This document shows positions 1 to 8,618 of a stretch of DNA of 24,075 nt, piece after piece. The position numbers and the translations under genes are program-made. Source of the DNA: an uncultured archaeon (GTDB lineage: Archaea > Micrarchaeota > Micrarchaeia > Micrarchaeales > CABMGC01). The DNA lies in contig CAWBCT010000010.1 in the NCBI GenBank assembly GCA_963787445.1, forward strand, positions 1 to 24,075, read 5' to 3'. The stretch's first letter is position 1. Every line of letters starts with the position of its first letter. The notes below the pieces were generated by a model that did no database searches, was not told the DNA's origin, and worked only from the letters and a program-made list of their open reading frames with translations.

Positions 1-130
1 TTTTTTGGCCATTTGAGTTACCCTTTTCATAGCGTATTTAAATTTCCCATTACCTACTTAATTTCTTATGATTCTTATATGTTCGCTTTGTCTAGAAATA
101 GAAATTTGTAGAATACGAGATTTGAACAAG

Positions 131-472
131 CCTTAACCCGTCTGGCTTACGCTCTTCACGCTATCTTACCTTCTTAGAAGAGTTGTAAAAGATCTTCTTC
201 TGCTCTCAGCAGACTTTACTTTAACCCCACCATCTTCATCTTCCTCCTCTTCCTCTTGGGTTGTGGCGTTCCTTGCTCAGGGAATCCTTTCTGCAGATCG
301 TTCCTATTCAGTACAAGCCCATCCCATACCGCTAGGGCTCCTGGATCCCTCCTCAGGGCAGATTCGGCGAAGACTCTAAGTAGGTCTAATTTTTCTATCG
401 GAGCTTTTTCCTCCGAGACGAGAGAAGTCCTAGGCGCTGGGCTCTCGTTTTAGTTCTGATCTCGGTTACCAT
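131..472 (-). pseudogene. Small orphan ORF, apparently frameshifted (MVTEIRTK/NESPAPRTSLVSEEKAPIEKLDLLRVFAESALRRDPG.../EEEEDEDGG...)
   Basis: ATG at 472 lies ~27 nt downstream of a minus-strand TTTAAATA box (~499-508). The frame can be restored with one extra A in the A4 run near 450 and a second shift near 255. No recognisable motif; 3' end uncertain. Confidence 0.3.
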
Positions 473-609
473 TTCCCCAATTGAATAACTCATTTGAAAT
501 ATTTAAACTTTCTGTACAGTGGATATTTATCAAAGGAAAAGGTTGATACACACAATATCAATTTGGGTCGCAACTGATTATTAACCTTTTTGTTTAGTTA
601 ATCGCACGG

Positions 610-1080
610 GTGTTTGTAGTGAAGAGGTGTCTGGTTTCTACGACTATCGTGTTTGACAAGGAGCATAAGAATGTAATACTCCTCAATCACAAGAAACTGG
701 AGGTGTGGATGCCGCCTGGAGGCCATATTGAGCCTGGAGAACTGCCATCTGAAGCGGCGTTGAGGGAGGAATGGAAGAGACCGGTCTAAAAGTGAATTTA
801 CTATACACAAAAAGACAGGTCGTAAAGGGAGACAGGCATGCAATAGAGGTCCAGAGTCCATTCGTTGTACTTAACGAGAACGTAGAGTACAAGGACGAAC
901 CGCATCTGCATTTCGACATGGTCTACATAGCTGAAGCAGAAAGCAAGAACGCAGCTACTTAGCCATGAATCCACAGACATAGGGTGGTTTGACAGAAAAT
1001 CAATAAAAGATTTGAAGATGTTCACTAATGTCCGTTCAGTACTAGAGGCGGCTTTCAAGCAGTTCGGTAGCAAAGAATAA
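610..1080 (+). CDS. NUDIX hydrolase, with two frameshifts (~769 and ~950) that are probably sequencing errors
   Basis: Frame 1 reads MKRCLVSTTIVFDKEHKNVILLNHKKLEVWMPPGGHIEPGELPSEAALRE. ORF 771..962 continues MEETGL, completing the NUDIX box. A third segment LSHESTDIGWFDRKSIKDLKMFTNVRSVLE ends at TAA 1080. Confidence 0.85.
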
Positions 1081-1118
1081 AGTATATGGTTTTATTGCTA
1101 TACTTTCTATCTGGTATT

Positions 1119-2732
1119 ATGAAATTCAAGAACGAGTTCACCTACCGCAAGTTTCTCGAAGATGGGAAGGAGGCTGAATTCGACAGGTTCTTTGATAACA
1201 GCGTAGCCAAGATACGAAGCGGAACACTCGGGAAGACATTTCCTATTTACATTGCAGGCAAAGAAGTCCGAACAAAGGACGAACTAGTCGAGTATTCCCC
1301 TATTAACGGCTCCTTAATCGGCAGATTCCAGAAAGGAGATAGAAACACCGCCACTGAGGCCATTAATGCCGCCAAGGCCGCCTTCCACTCATGGTCCACC
1401 ACTAACTACAAAGACCGCATCAAGATCCTCAGAAATGCTTCCTCCTTACTCTCCACCAAGAAGTTCGAGCTCGCCGCCATCCTCAGCATCGAGAACGGGA
1501 AGACACGCTACGAGTCCATCGGCGAGGTGGACGAGGCGATAGACTTCATCAACTACTACTGCCTCGAGATGGAGCGAAATAAGGGTTTCATCAGGAGGTC
1601 AAAGCTCGAAGGCACTAAAGAAACGGTCAACGCAGGCTTCCAGGGGGCTCCGGGCCAGGAGGAGAAGGTCACCATACTATTCAAGCCCTACGGGGTCTTC
1701 GGAGTGATCGCACCCTTTAACTTCCCAGTCTCCATCTCCACAGGAATGAGCGTGGGCGCCATGCTCACAGGCAACACAGTGGTCTTCAAGCCCTCCTGCA
1801 CGGACAACATGTCCATGCTCACCGGCCTCAAGCTTTACGAGATCTTCAAGGAGGCAGGGCTTCCGGACGGGGTCTTTAACTACGTAACAGGTCCAGGCTC
1901 AGAAGTGGGCGACGCCTTAGTAACCAGCCCGGACGTGGCTGGAATCGCCTTCACCGGCTCCCACGAGACCGGCTTGTCCATGATCGCCAAGTCCTACGCC
2001 CTCAGGCAGCAGAAGGTCTTCGTGGTGGAGATGGGCGGGAAGAATGCCGCTATTGTTACTAAAAACGCCAATCTCGACGATGCGGCCTCGGGCATAAGCA
2101 GCGCGGCCTTCGGCTTCAGCGGGCAGAAGTGCAGCGCCTGCTCGCGCGTCTACGTGCACGAGTCGGTGAAGGAGGAGTTCGTGAGCAAGCTGCTGGAGAG
2201 GACCAGGGCACTGAAGATAGGGGATCCTTTAATCAAGGGCAACTACATCGGCCCGCTCATAAGCGTGAAGGCGCTGGAGAGGTACAAGGAGACGGTTACG
2301 CAGCTCAGGAAGGAGCACATAATGACAGGAGGCAATCTGGTGGAGACGGGCGTGGAGGGCCTTTACGTGGAGCCGGTGGTCGCAGAGGCAGAGCACGGCA
2401 ACCCGCTGTTCAAGAAGGAGCTCTTCCTGCCAATATTGCTGGTTGACACTTACAAGAAGCTTGAGGATGCCATAAGGATGGCCAACGACTCCGAGTACGG
2501 GCTCACGGCCGGACTGTACAGCAAGAAGACATCGGAGATCAAGCAGTTCCTAAACTCCATAGAAGCGGGCACGGTTTACGTTAATAGGGCCGTAAGCGCC
2601 ACAACGGGTGCGATAGTGGGCTTCCACACCTTCGTGGGCTGGAAGGGCAGCGGGCTCACCGGGAAGGGCACCGGGAGCAGGGAGTACCTCCAGCAGTTCA
2701 TGCGCGAGCAGAGTCAGGCGGTGGTGAAGTAG
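1119..2732 (+). CDS. rocA: 1-pyrroline-5-carboxylate dehydrogenase (aldehyde dehydrogenase superfamily)
   Basis: N-terminal FKNE, APFNFP, FTGS, EMGGKN (catalytic Glu), SAFGFSGQKCSACSR (catalytic Cys), YGLTAG, NRxxxTGAIVG. The ATG at 1119 is preferred over 1086. Confidence 0.85.
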   Translation: MKFKNEFTYRKFLEDGKEAEFDRFFDNSVAKIRSGTLGKTFPIYIAGKEVRTKDELVEYSPINGSLIGRFQKGDRNTATEAINAAKAAFHSWSTTNYKDRIKILRNASSLLSTKKFELAAILSIENGKTRYESIGEVDEAIDFINYYCLEMERNKGFIRRSKLEGTKETVNAGFQGAPGQEEKVTILFKPYGVFGVIAPFNFPVSISTGMSVGAMLTGNTVVFKPSCTDNMSMLTGLKLYEIFKEAGLPDGVFNYVTGPGSEVGDALVTSPDVAGIAFTGSHETGLSMIAKSYALRQQKVFVVEMGGKNAAIVTKNANLDDAASGISSAAFGFSGQKCSACSRVYVHESVKEEFVSKLLERTRALKIGDPLIKGNYIGPLISVKALERYKETVTQLRKEHIMTGGNLVETGVEGLYVEPVVAEAEHGNPLFKKELFLPILLVDTYKKLEDAIRMANDSEYGLTAGLYSKKTSEIKQFLNSIEAGTVYVNRAVSATTGAIVGFHTFVGWKGSGLTGKGTGSREYLQQFMREQSQAVVK

Positions 2733-3369
2733 GACTTGGATTGGACATATAGTAAGATTTTGCATAAAGTCGTTCTTTTGGCAATTTTCTTGCGTCTCTA
2801 AGCGTATCTCGCACCTTCCTGCGGAAAGCAGGCTTGTACTTTTCAAGATAGGAGTTAAGCCTCCTTGAGTCAAGACCTGGAAGTATGTTCTGCCATAGCT
2901 CATCCCTTATGGCGCCTCCGAAGTAGAGCATGTCTATTATTGTCTTTTCCAAATCAGACACAGGAACCCAGAATCCATCTCGCTTTACAAGTCCATACCC
3001 AAAGAATAGTTCTGGCTTCATCCGGTATACCAGATAATTAGCACCTAAAAACGTCCGTAGACCCATTCGGACATTCTTTGGCGTGATTACTATCGGATTT
3101 GTCCCTTGCATGGAGAGACCCCTTATTCTAAGAGCGTCCTCCAACCCGTAATATGAGGGAGAGAAAGCGAAGCATAGGACGACCATGTCTTGATGGAACG
3201 TGTATATGCCCCTGGTTATCTTTGCTATAAGCCCCCGTTTGAGGAGGTTATGGATGAGGAGCCTGCGGTAACCCGCGCTAAGACCCTTTATGATCTTGAG
3301 TTCGTTGACGTTGAATACGGGTTTGGTAGTGCTAGAAAACTCCTCTTTGATATTCTGAAGGTATCTCAC
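2698..3369 (-). CDS. AbiEi-like type IV antitoxin / winged-helix transcriptional regulator
   Basis: N-terminal wHTH (LIHNLLKRGLIAKITRGIY), PSYYGLEDAL, FFGY and VSDLEKTIIDML are typical of AbiEi-family proteins. Overlaps the NTase gene by 4 nt. Confidence 0.75.
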   Translation of the reverse strand: MRYLQNIKEEFSSTTKPVFNVNELKIIKGLSAGYRRLLIHNLLKRGLIAKITRGIYTFHQDMVVLCFAFSPSYYGLEDALRIRGLSMQGTNPIVITPKNVRMGLRTFLGANYLVYRMKPELFFGYGLVKRDGFWVPVSDLEKTIIDMLYFGGAIRDELWQNILPGLDSRRLNSYLEKYKPAFRRKVRDTLRDARKLPKERLYAKSYYMSNPSPTSPPPDSARA

Positions 3370-4022
3370 TCTATCTCCCCCATTATCGTGTCTTTCATAT
3401 CCTTAAGGGACGGAACAGGTCCGTTATAGACAATACTCTGAAGCTCCTTTTCGTTTACAGGTTCTTCGAGATGTTCTATGAACTTCTTCAGAGGCCTCCT
3501 AATGAGTTCCTTCTTACCCGAATAGGCAATCAACTGATATATATCGTAAATGTCTCTTGCATATTTTCTACTCTCGTATGCATCAATCTTCTCAAGTATG
3601 TACTGCTCAGCAGTAAGTGTGCGTAATTTCAGTGTTGTCCCATTTATCCGCTCAAATTCCCTGAAGCTTCCATTTTCCTTGTCTTCTGGACACTTGATGT
3701 CTACGCTCAGTTTTGACTTTGAATTGGAGATATAAATTCTCAGAGATCTGTTTGTCGCAGATATTTTATCGGTGTAGATTCCGAGCCTTTGGAGGTTCGC
3801 TGCGATTGAGTTCTTAATTATCTCGATGCTCCTTTCCGATGCAACGTAAAGATCTATGTCAAATGAGAATCTGTTTCCTGAATAGCATCGCCAGATTCCC
3901 GTTCCTCCATGGAGCACAAAACTGTTGTCTATAGCGAATATTGTGTCGATAAACAAGTCCTGAAGCTCAGCCAGATCTATGAACTCTTGGTTCTTCAAGC
4001 TTAAGGCTATCGGAATTTTCAT
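3366..4022 (-). CDS. AbiEii/AbiGii-family nucleotidyltransferase toxin
   Basis: Motifs LHGGTGIWRCY, RFSFDIDL, EKIDAY and RKYARDIYDIY are the AbiEii (DUF1814) signature. Confidence 0.85.
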   Translation of the reverse strand: MKIPIALSLKNQEFIDLAELQDLFIDTIFAIDNSFVLHGGTGIWRCYSGNRFSFDIDLYVASERSIEIIKNSIAANLQRLGIYTDKISATNRSLRIYISNSKSKLSVDIKCPEDKENGSFREFERINGTTLKLRTLTAEQYILEKIDAYESRKYARDIYDIYQLIAYSGKKELIRRPLKKFIEHLEEPVNEKELQSIVYNGPVPSLKDMKDTIMGEIE

Positions 4023-4030
4023 ATTACCAC

Positions 4031-4107
4031 AGTTATACTATAATATAATTATAGTAGGATATAAATATCTATCTTTTTATTTACAATAGTTATATTATAA
4101 TATAATT
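4031..4107. promoter_or_regulatory. Paired palindromic direct repeats, putative AbiEi operator
   Basis: agttatactataatataatt (4031-4050) and agttatattataatataatt (4088-4107) are 19/20 identical. The region contains a perfect IR tactataat-ata-attatagta (4036-4056) and the palindrome ttatattataatataa (4090-4105), directly upstream of the toxin start. Confidence 0.6.
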
Positions 4108-4181
4108 TAGGTAAATATCAAAGGCTTTGAAGCGGGATGAGAAGACTTATATCGTTTTGACTTGCTTTAATACTGAATCAT

Positions 4182-4598
4182 ATGTGCCTAACCAAACTTA
4201 TCTACGATCACACAAAGTTCGATACAGTTGAGATACTTGCTAAAGGTAAGAAACTCCGAGTCTGGCTCGCTGATTCTCCAACCAAGAACATGGTCGGATT
4301 AATGCACAGGCCAAAGATGGGCGCCGATGGGATGCTCTTTACACCGGACAGGGAGGCAAGGCACGGGATCTGGATGCTGAACATGAAGTTCCCGATAGAC
4401 ATCCTCTGGCTTGACGGCTCAGGGAAGGTAGTTGACATTGCCCAGAATGCAAAACCATGCAAATCGATATTCAGCTGTCCCACTTACAGGCCAAAGAGCG
4501 ACGCAAGGTACGTTTTGGAGCTGCCTTCCGGCAACGCCAAGCGGTTTGGGCTTAGAGAAGGGGCCAAGGTGGACTTGACAACAATTAATAATCTTTAA
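4182..4598 (+). CDS. DUF192 family protein
   Basis: LADS...GLMHR...GMLF, IWMLNMKFPIDILWLD and YVLELPSG motifs. Confidence 0.9.
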   Translation: MCLTKLIYDHTKFDTVEILAKGKKLRVWLADSPTKNMVGLMHRPKMGADGMLFTPDREARHGIWMLNMKFPIDILWLDGSGKVVDIAQNAKPCKSIFSCPTYRPKSDARYVLELPSGNAKRFGLREGAKVDLTTINNL

Positions 4599-4612
4599 GT
4601 CGGGTGTTATTC

Positions 4613-5182
4613 ATGCCAAAAGCAAAAAGGATTCAGAAGCAGCCGTTCGGAAGACTGGGCAGATGGCTGTTCGTGATACTCTTCATTGAGCTGCTGGTCA
4701 TCTGGGCGAGGGCAGGCATCGCCATATACTACCTTTCGGGCACTACAATACCGGTGCACTACGGCCTGAATGGCGCCCCCAACGGCTACGGCAACAGCGG
4801 CGTGTTCTACATCCTCGCAGTGGCGTTCAGCATAGCCCCGGTCCTCATAATGCTCATCTCCTACTACCGCTTCAAGCTGATAAACGACTACCCGTACCTG
4901 ATAAACATGCCCGCCTTCTACGCGAGCATCATGAAGGTCTCTGAAAAGAGGAAGGGCTACTGGATAAACCGCTACTTCGAGCTGATACTGGCGCTGGGAG
5001 TGGTAGTCGCGCTGGTCTTCATCCTGCTGCTGGTCGAGCTGACGAACGCAGCCCAGACAGGCTATGCCAGCCCCGCGTTCGTCACCTGGTTCCCGATAGC
5101 GGCGATCCTGGTGATGGTCGGGCTGCTGTTCGTCCTGCTGAGGAACATGTACCGGGAGGTCTCGAAGGAAACAGGAAGATAG
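4613..5182 (+). CDS. DUF1648 / SdpI-like membrane protein
   Basis: IPVHYGLNGAPNGYG motif after a TM helix; four hydrophobic segments. Confidence 0.75.
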   Translation: MPKAKRIQKQPFGRLGRWLFVILFIELLVIWARAGIAIYYLSGTTIPVHYGLNGAPNGYGNSGVFYILAVAFSIAPVLIMLISYYRFKLINDYPYLINMPAFYASIMKVSEKRKGYWINRYFELILALGVVVALVFILLLVELTNAAQTGYASPAFVTWFPIAAILVMVGLLFVLLRNMYREVSKETGR

Positions 5183-5204
5183 ACATATTATAAAAGATGA
5201 AAAC

Positions 5205-5399
5205 ATGCAAGAATGGAGAAAAAGGGTTTTTGAACGGTTGGATGTAGCGCTCGTAGCGCTGGAGTTGGTCCTGAGCGTGATATTCGTCTCGCTGGGATAT
5301 CTCACAGGCAACGCATACTTTAGGGGAGTAGGAGTTGGACTGGTAATCGCCTGGGTGACAACTGCGATAGCTTATTTGGCCAAAAGGAAAATGAGATAG
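5205..5399 (+). CDS. Small two-TM membrane protein
   Basis: 64 aa, two hydrophobic helices and a basic C-terminus; collinear with the upstream genes. Confidence 0.65.
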   Translation: MQEWRKRVFERLDVALVALELVLSVIFVSLGYLTGNAYFRGVGVGLVIAWVTTAIAYLAKRKMR

Positions 5400-5404
5400 C
5401 GGGC

Positions 5405-7114
5405 TTAGCTCTTTATCGAGTTCTTGTTCTCTACGAAGTAATTACCTAGGAAGAAGTATCTTGTCCCGGTATCCTTAGCAGCTTTTATCACGTCGCTTGC
5501 CTCCATCGCGATCGGCATCCCGTGGATGTTCAGGCTGGTGTTGAGTATGATCCCGTAGCCGGAGTGCTTCTTCACTCCCTTCATCACATCCCTGTAGGCA
5601 GGGTTCTCGTCCCCGACCATCTGCGGCCTTGCAGTAAAGTCGACGTGCATGACTGACTTCATCACATCCGCGTGCTCCTTCTTTACCCGGTATGCCATGG
5701 TCATGAACCTATTGTAATCGCTGCTAACGCCTTCAAGAACCTTTGATGCGTCCTCCTCAAGCATCGCAGGTGCAAACGGCTGGAACCACTCGCGCTTCTT
5801 TACATAAAGATTAAGCCTGTCCTTAACGCTCTCCGAGCCCGCCTTGGCCAGTATGCTTCGGTTGCCCAGGGCTCGCGGGCCGTACTCCATGCGTCCCTGG
5901 AACCAGAACAGGTAGTGATCATCGTTCAGCAGTTCGGCGGCGTGCTTTGACTTGTCCTTGTCGCGCTCGAAGTGCAATGTCTTTTCGTTCTTTAACACTG
6001 CTTCAATCTCTTCGTCAGTATATTCGGCACCGAGATAGGCATCATCGAACTTGTAGGAGCTGGTCCCGGTATTCACGTAGTTAGCCTGCATTGCTGCACC
6101 AAGTGCAATTCCGCCGTCTCCCATGTGCGGGAAGATGTAGATGTGCTTGAATCCGCTGGTCTCCCTTATCCTCATGTTCATCTTTACATTGGAGAAGATT
6201 CCGCCTGAAAGCGCAAGGTGGTCCAGGCCGTACTCCTTGTAAAGGTTCTCGAAGAACTTGATCATTATCTCCTCCATGAGCTGCTGGGCCATGTAGCCGA
6301 ACTGCTCGCGGGGCGTTCCCCAGGAGATCCTGCTCAGCATGCTGTACTGCGCAATAGGGCTGTACTTTGCCTTTATCGTGCATCCCTCAACTCTGAAAAA
6401 GTCCTTGAGCTTGTTGTCCTTGAACTCGAACGGATAGGAGAAGTCGGCCATGGCCATTATCTTGCCCTCATCCTCAAGCTCGCGCATCCCGAGTATGTTG
6501 GTCACCTGCTCGTAGAAGATTCCTATAGAATCCTTCGCAGGCAAAGATGCCTGAAGTTCAAGTTTCCCATTATCGAGTATGCTTATCGAGCCGCACTTCC
6601 CGTCTCCGAGCCCGTCAAGGGTCACAACAAGCGCCTTTTTCATTCCTGAAGTGAAGGCTGCCGTTGTTGCATGAGAGGTGTGGTGATCTATTGCGTGAAT
6701 CGAGAACTTACTGAAGCCTATTTTGCGCAAGGAGGAGCTTACTGAAGACTTGCTTATCGAGCCGCAGAGGGGAAGGACGCCGATACTTGTCATAAAGTAT
6801 TTTTGGTAGTGCATCCACGTCTCAAAGCGAGGCTTGAGCATCTTGCGCCTCCTGAACTTGTAGTACGCCTCCTTCTGAGCGGGAAAGACCCGCGACATGG
6901 TCTTCGTGAACTCAAGAGTGGGAAACGCAACGGTCTCGACCTGCGATGCCTGGATGCCTGCATAGTCAAGAGCCGCTTTTATCGAATGGTAAGGAAACTC
7001 TATCTCAAGCTTTCTCTTCGTGAATCGCTCCTCGTTCGCCGCGTAGACTATCTTTCCATCCTCAAGCAGCGCTGCGCCGGAGTCGTGGCCATCCCAAAGT
7101 CCAAGTGTGTACAT
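5405..7114 (-). CDS. NodU/CmcH/TobZ-family O-carbamoyltransferase
   Basis: GHDSGAAL, EERFTKRK, HHTSHA, DGLGD, EGKIMAMA, GGIFSNVKMN, GDGG, RMEYGPRALGNRS, PFAP, HVDxTARPQ, LNTSLN. Confidence 0.92.
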   Translation of the reverse strand: MYTLGLWDGHDSGAALLEDGKIVYAANEERFTKRKLEIEFPYHSIKAALDYAGIQASQVETVAFPTLEFTKTMSRVFPAQKEAYYKFRRRKMLKPRFETWMHYQKYFMTSIGVLPLCGSISKSSVSSSLRKIGFSKFSIHAIDHHTSHATTAAFTSGMKKALVVTLDGLGDGKCGSISILDNGKLELQASLPAKDSIGIFYEQVTNILGMRELEDEGKIMAMADFSYPFEFKDNKLKDFFRVEGCTIKAKYSPIAQYSMLSRISWGTPREQFGYMAQQLMEEIMIKFFENLYKEYGLDHLALSGGIFSNVKMNMRIRETSGFKHIYIFPHMGDGGIALGAAMQANYVNTGTSSYKFDDAYLGAEYTDEEIEAVLKNEKTLHFERDKDKSKHAAELLNDDHYLFWFQGRMEYGPRALGNRSILAKAGSESVKDRLNLYVKKREWFQPFAPAMLEEDASKVLEGVSSDYNRFMTMAYRVKKEHADVMKSVMHVDFTARPQMVGDENPAYRDVMKGVKKHSGYGIILNTSLNIHGMPIAMEASDVIKAAKDTGTRYFFLGNYFVENKNSIKS

Positions 7115-7119
7115 ATTAT

Positions 7120-7686
7120 CTACTTTATAGTTCTCTGGAACAGGAGCAGCTCGCTGCTTAGCCTCTCTATCTGGATGCGCGCGACGTCCTGCTTCTTCCT
7201 GAAGTCCGGAACCAGCGAGTTGGCGAAGCGCATCGGGATCGTGGAGTCGTAGATCTCGAGCATAAGGTCATAGTGCTTCTGCGCGTGCTCGAAGTTGCCC
7301 TTCCTCAGCTGGTCAACAGCGCCGCGCTTGAGCTCTCCAACCGAGTCGAGAAGGCCCAGCAGGTAGCTCACCTCGTCCGCATCAAGCTCGCCTATCGAAG
7401 GGAGGCGGTGCTCGTTGCACATTATGTACAGCCCGTGCGCCTCCACGTACTCCTGGTGCGCCTGGAGCGTGTTGTACTCAAAGCCCGCCTCTATCTTCTT
7501 CAGCTTCTTGACCTCTGTGTTAAGGGTGGCAAGGAGCTTCTTGACCTCTCCCAGGTCTTCCCCGTGTATCTTCGTAATCACCCTTCCGGAGAGCCGGATT
7601 ATGTCCGAGGAAAGTTTAATCGCCTCGTCCTTCCGCTTCTGAAGATCCATCAGTTTCTTCTCTATCTTGTCCGCATTTTCAATCAT
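7120..7686 (-). CDS. Archaeal translin/TRAX (C3PO)-family RNA-binding endoribonuclease
   Basis: All-helical; QEYVEA, YLLGLLDSVGELKR and FRKKQDVAR match translin-family motifs including the acidic catalytic residues. Confidence 0.85.
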   Translation of the reverse strand: MIENADKIEKKLMDLQKRKDEAIKLSSDIIRLSGRVITKIHGEDLGEVKKLLATLNTEVKKLKKIEAGFEYNTLQAHQEYVEAHGLYIMCNEHRLPSIGELDADEVSYLLGLLDSVGELKRGAVDQLRKGNFEHAQKHYDLMLEIYDSTIPMRFANSLVPDFRKKQDVARIQIERLSSELLLFQRTIK

Positions 7687-8618
7687 TATCTCACTCCTGT
7701 TTTTGTGCTCCTTCCGTGCCAGAATAAATATTGCTGGGCGTAGCCCGCATTAGTTCCCCAGGTCTTGGTTGCAAACGCGTGTATCTGGGCGATGCGCTTC
7801 TTGCGTCCCTTGAAGTATACTGACTCAACCACGCGCTTTATCCAGACATCTGTAGGGAATGCCTCAAGCTTTCCATATCCGAATAAAAGAATGCAATCCG
7901 CCACTTTGTCTCCAATTCCGTCAAGCTGCATCAGCTTTTCCTTCAAAACATCATATTCCAGATTATGAAGCGTGTTGTACTCAGGATTTTCGGCGAAAAC
8001 CTTTGCAGTGCTCTTTATGTATTTGGCCCGGAAGCCTGTTCCACAGGCCATGAGCTCCTTTATGCTGGCATTTGCAACGGATTCTGGTGAAGGGAACAGT
8101 CTTTTCTCCTTCCCATCAACAAGTACGGGTTCGCCAAATTTATTTATCAGGTTCTTCATTATCAGCCTGATTCTTTTCATGTTGTTGAACTGCGAAACCA
8201 GGAAAGTAAGAGTTGTTTCCCATGGAGGATTCAGCGTTACGCGCATTCCGGGAAAGGTTTGGATTGCCTCCGCCATGAACGGGTCTGTCTTTATCTCAGA
8301 ATAAACATTTTCTACCCCACCATCAAGAACAAACCTCGACTTTATCTCTTTGATAGCTGAATTGGTAGAATAATTTCCAAAGAACTCGTAATCCAATGCA
8401 TTCGGATTGGACTTGGTCCTTGTTATCCTTATAAAGCCGGTTTGGGTAGGATACTCGATTATCTCTTTGTCACCTTCTTTTCTGTAATCCGAAGAGAAGG
8501 TTAGCGGCTGGCCGCTTACTATCGTGAACTCAAGATTTAGGTCGTTGCTGCCCAGCGGGATGCTGGTTTTCTGCCGCGTAGCTGTTCTTTGTTGCGTGGG
8601 TTCACCTTTCAATCTCAT
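7686..8618 (-). CDS. ogg: 8-oxoguanine DNA glycosylase/AP lyase (OGG1-like, HhH-GPD)
   Basis: SGQ N-terminal motif, WETTLTFLVSQFNNMKRI, GTGFRAKYI, HhH LDGIGDKVADC (catalytic Lys), FPTDVW (catalytic Asp), AGYAQQYLF. Confidence 0.88.
   Translation of the reverse strand: MRLKGEPTQQRTATRQKTSIPLGSNDLNLEFTIVSGQPLTFSSDYRKEGDKEIIEYPTQTGFIRITRTKSNPNALDYEFFGNYSTNSAIKEIKSRFVLDGGVENVYSEIKTDPFMAEAIQTFPGMRVTLNPPWETTLTFLVSQFNNMKRIRLIMKNLINKFGEPVLVDGKEKRLFPSPESVANASIKELMACGTGFRAKYIKSTAKVFAENPEYNTLHNLEYDVLKEKLMQLDGIGDKVADCILLFGYGKLEAFPTDVWIKRVVESVYFKGRKKRIAQIHAFATKTWGTNAGYAQQYLFWHGRSTKTGVR

Noticed and set aside
1-30. Start of a minus-strand ORF (MAKK.., ATG at 12 or 30) with a TATA-like box at ~36-44
   Set aside because: Only a few codons lie inside the window, so no call is possible.
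2733-4180. Target-site duplications or IS ends around the AbiE block (and around 11174-12060)
   Set aside because: No convincing flanking repeats seen by eye, and no transposase.
4607-5311. Long antisense and alternate-frame ORFs (e.g. 4607..5311, 7273..7743, 12433..12873, 20460..21143, most of 14610..15521)
   Set aside because: Shadows of high-GC3 genes with clear motifs on the other strand or frame.
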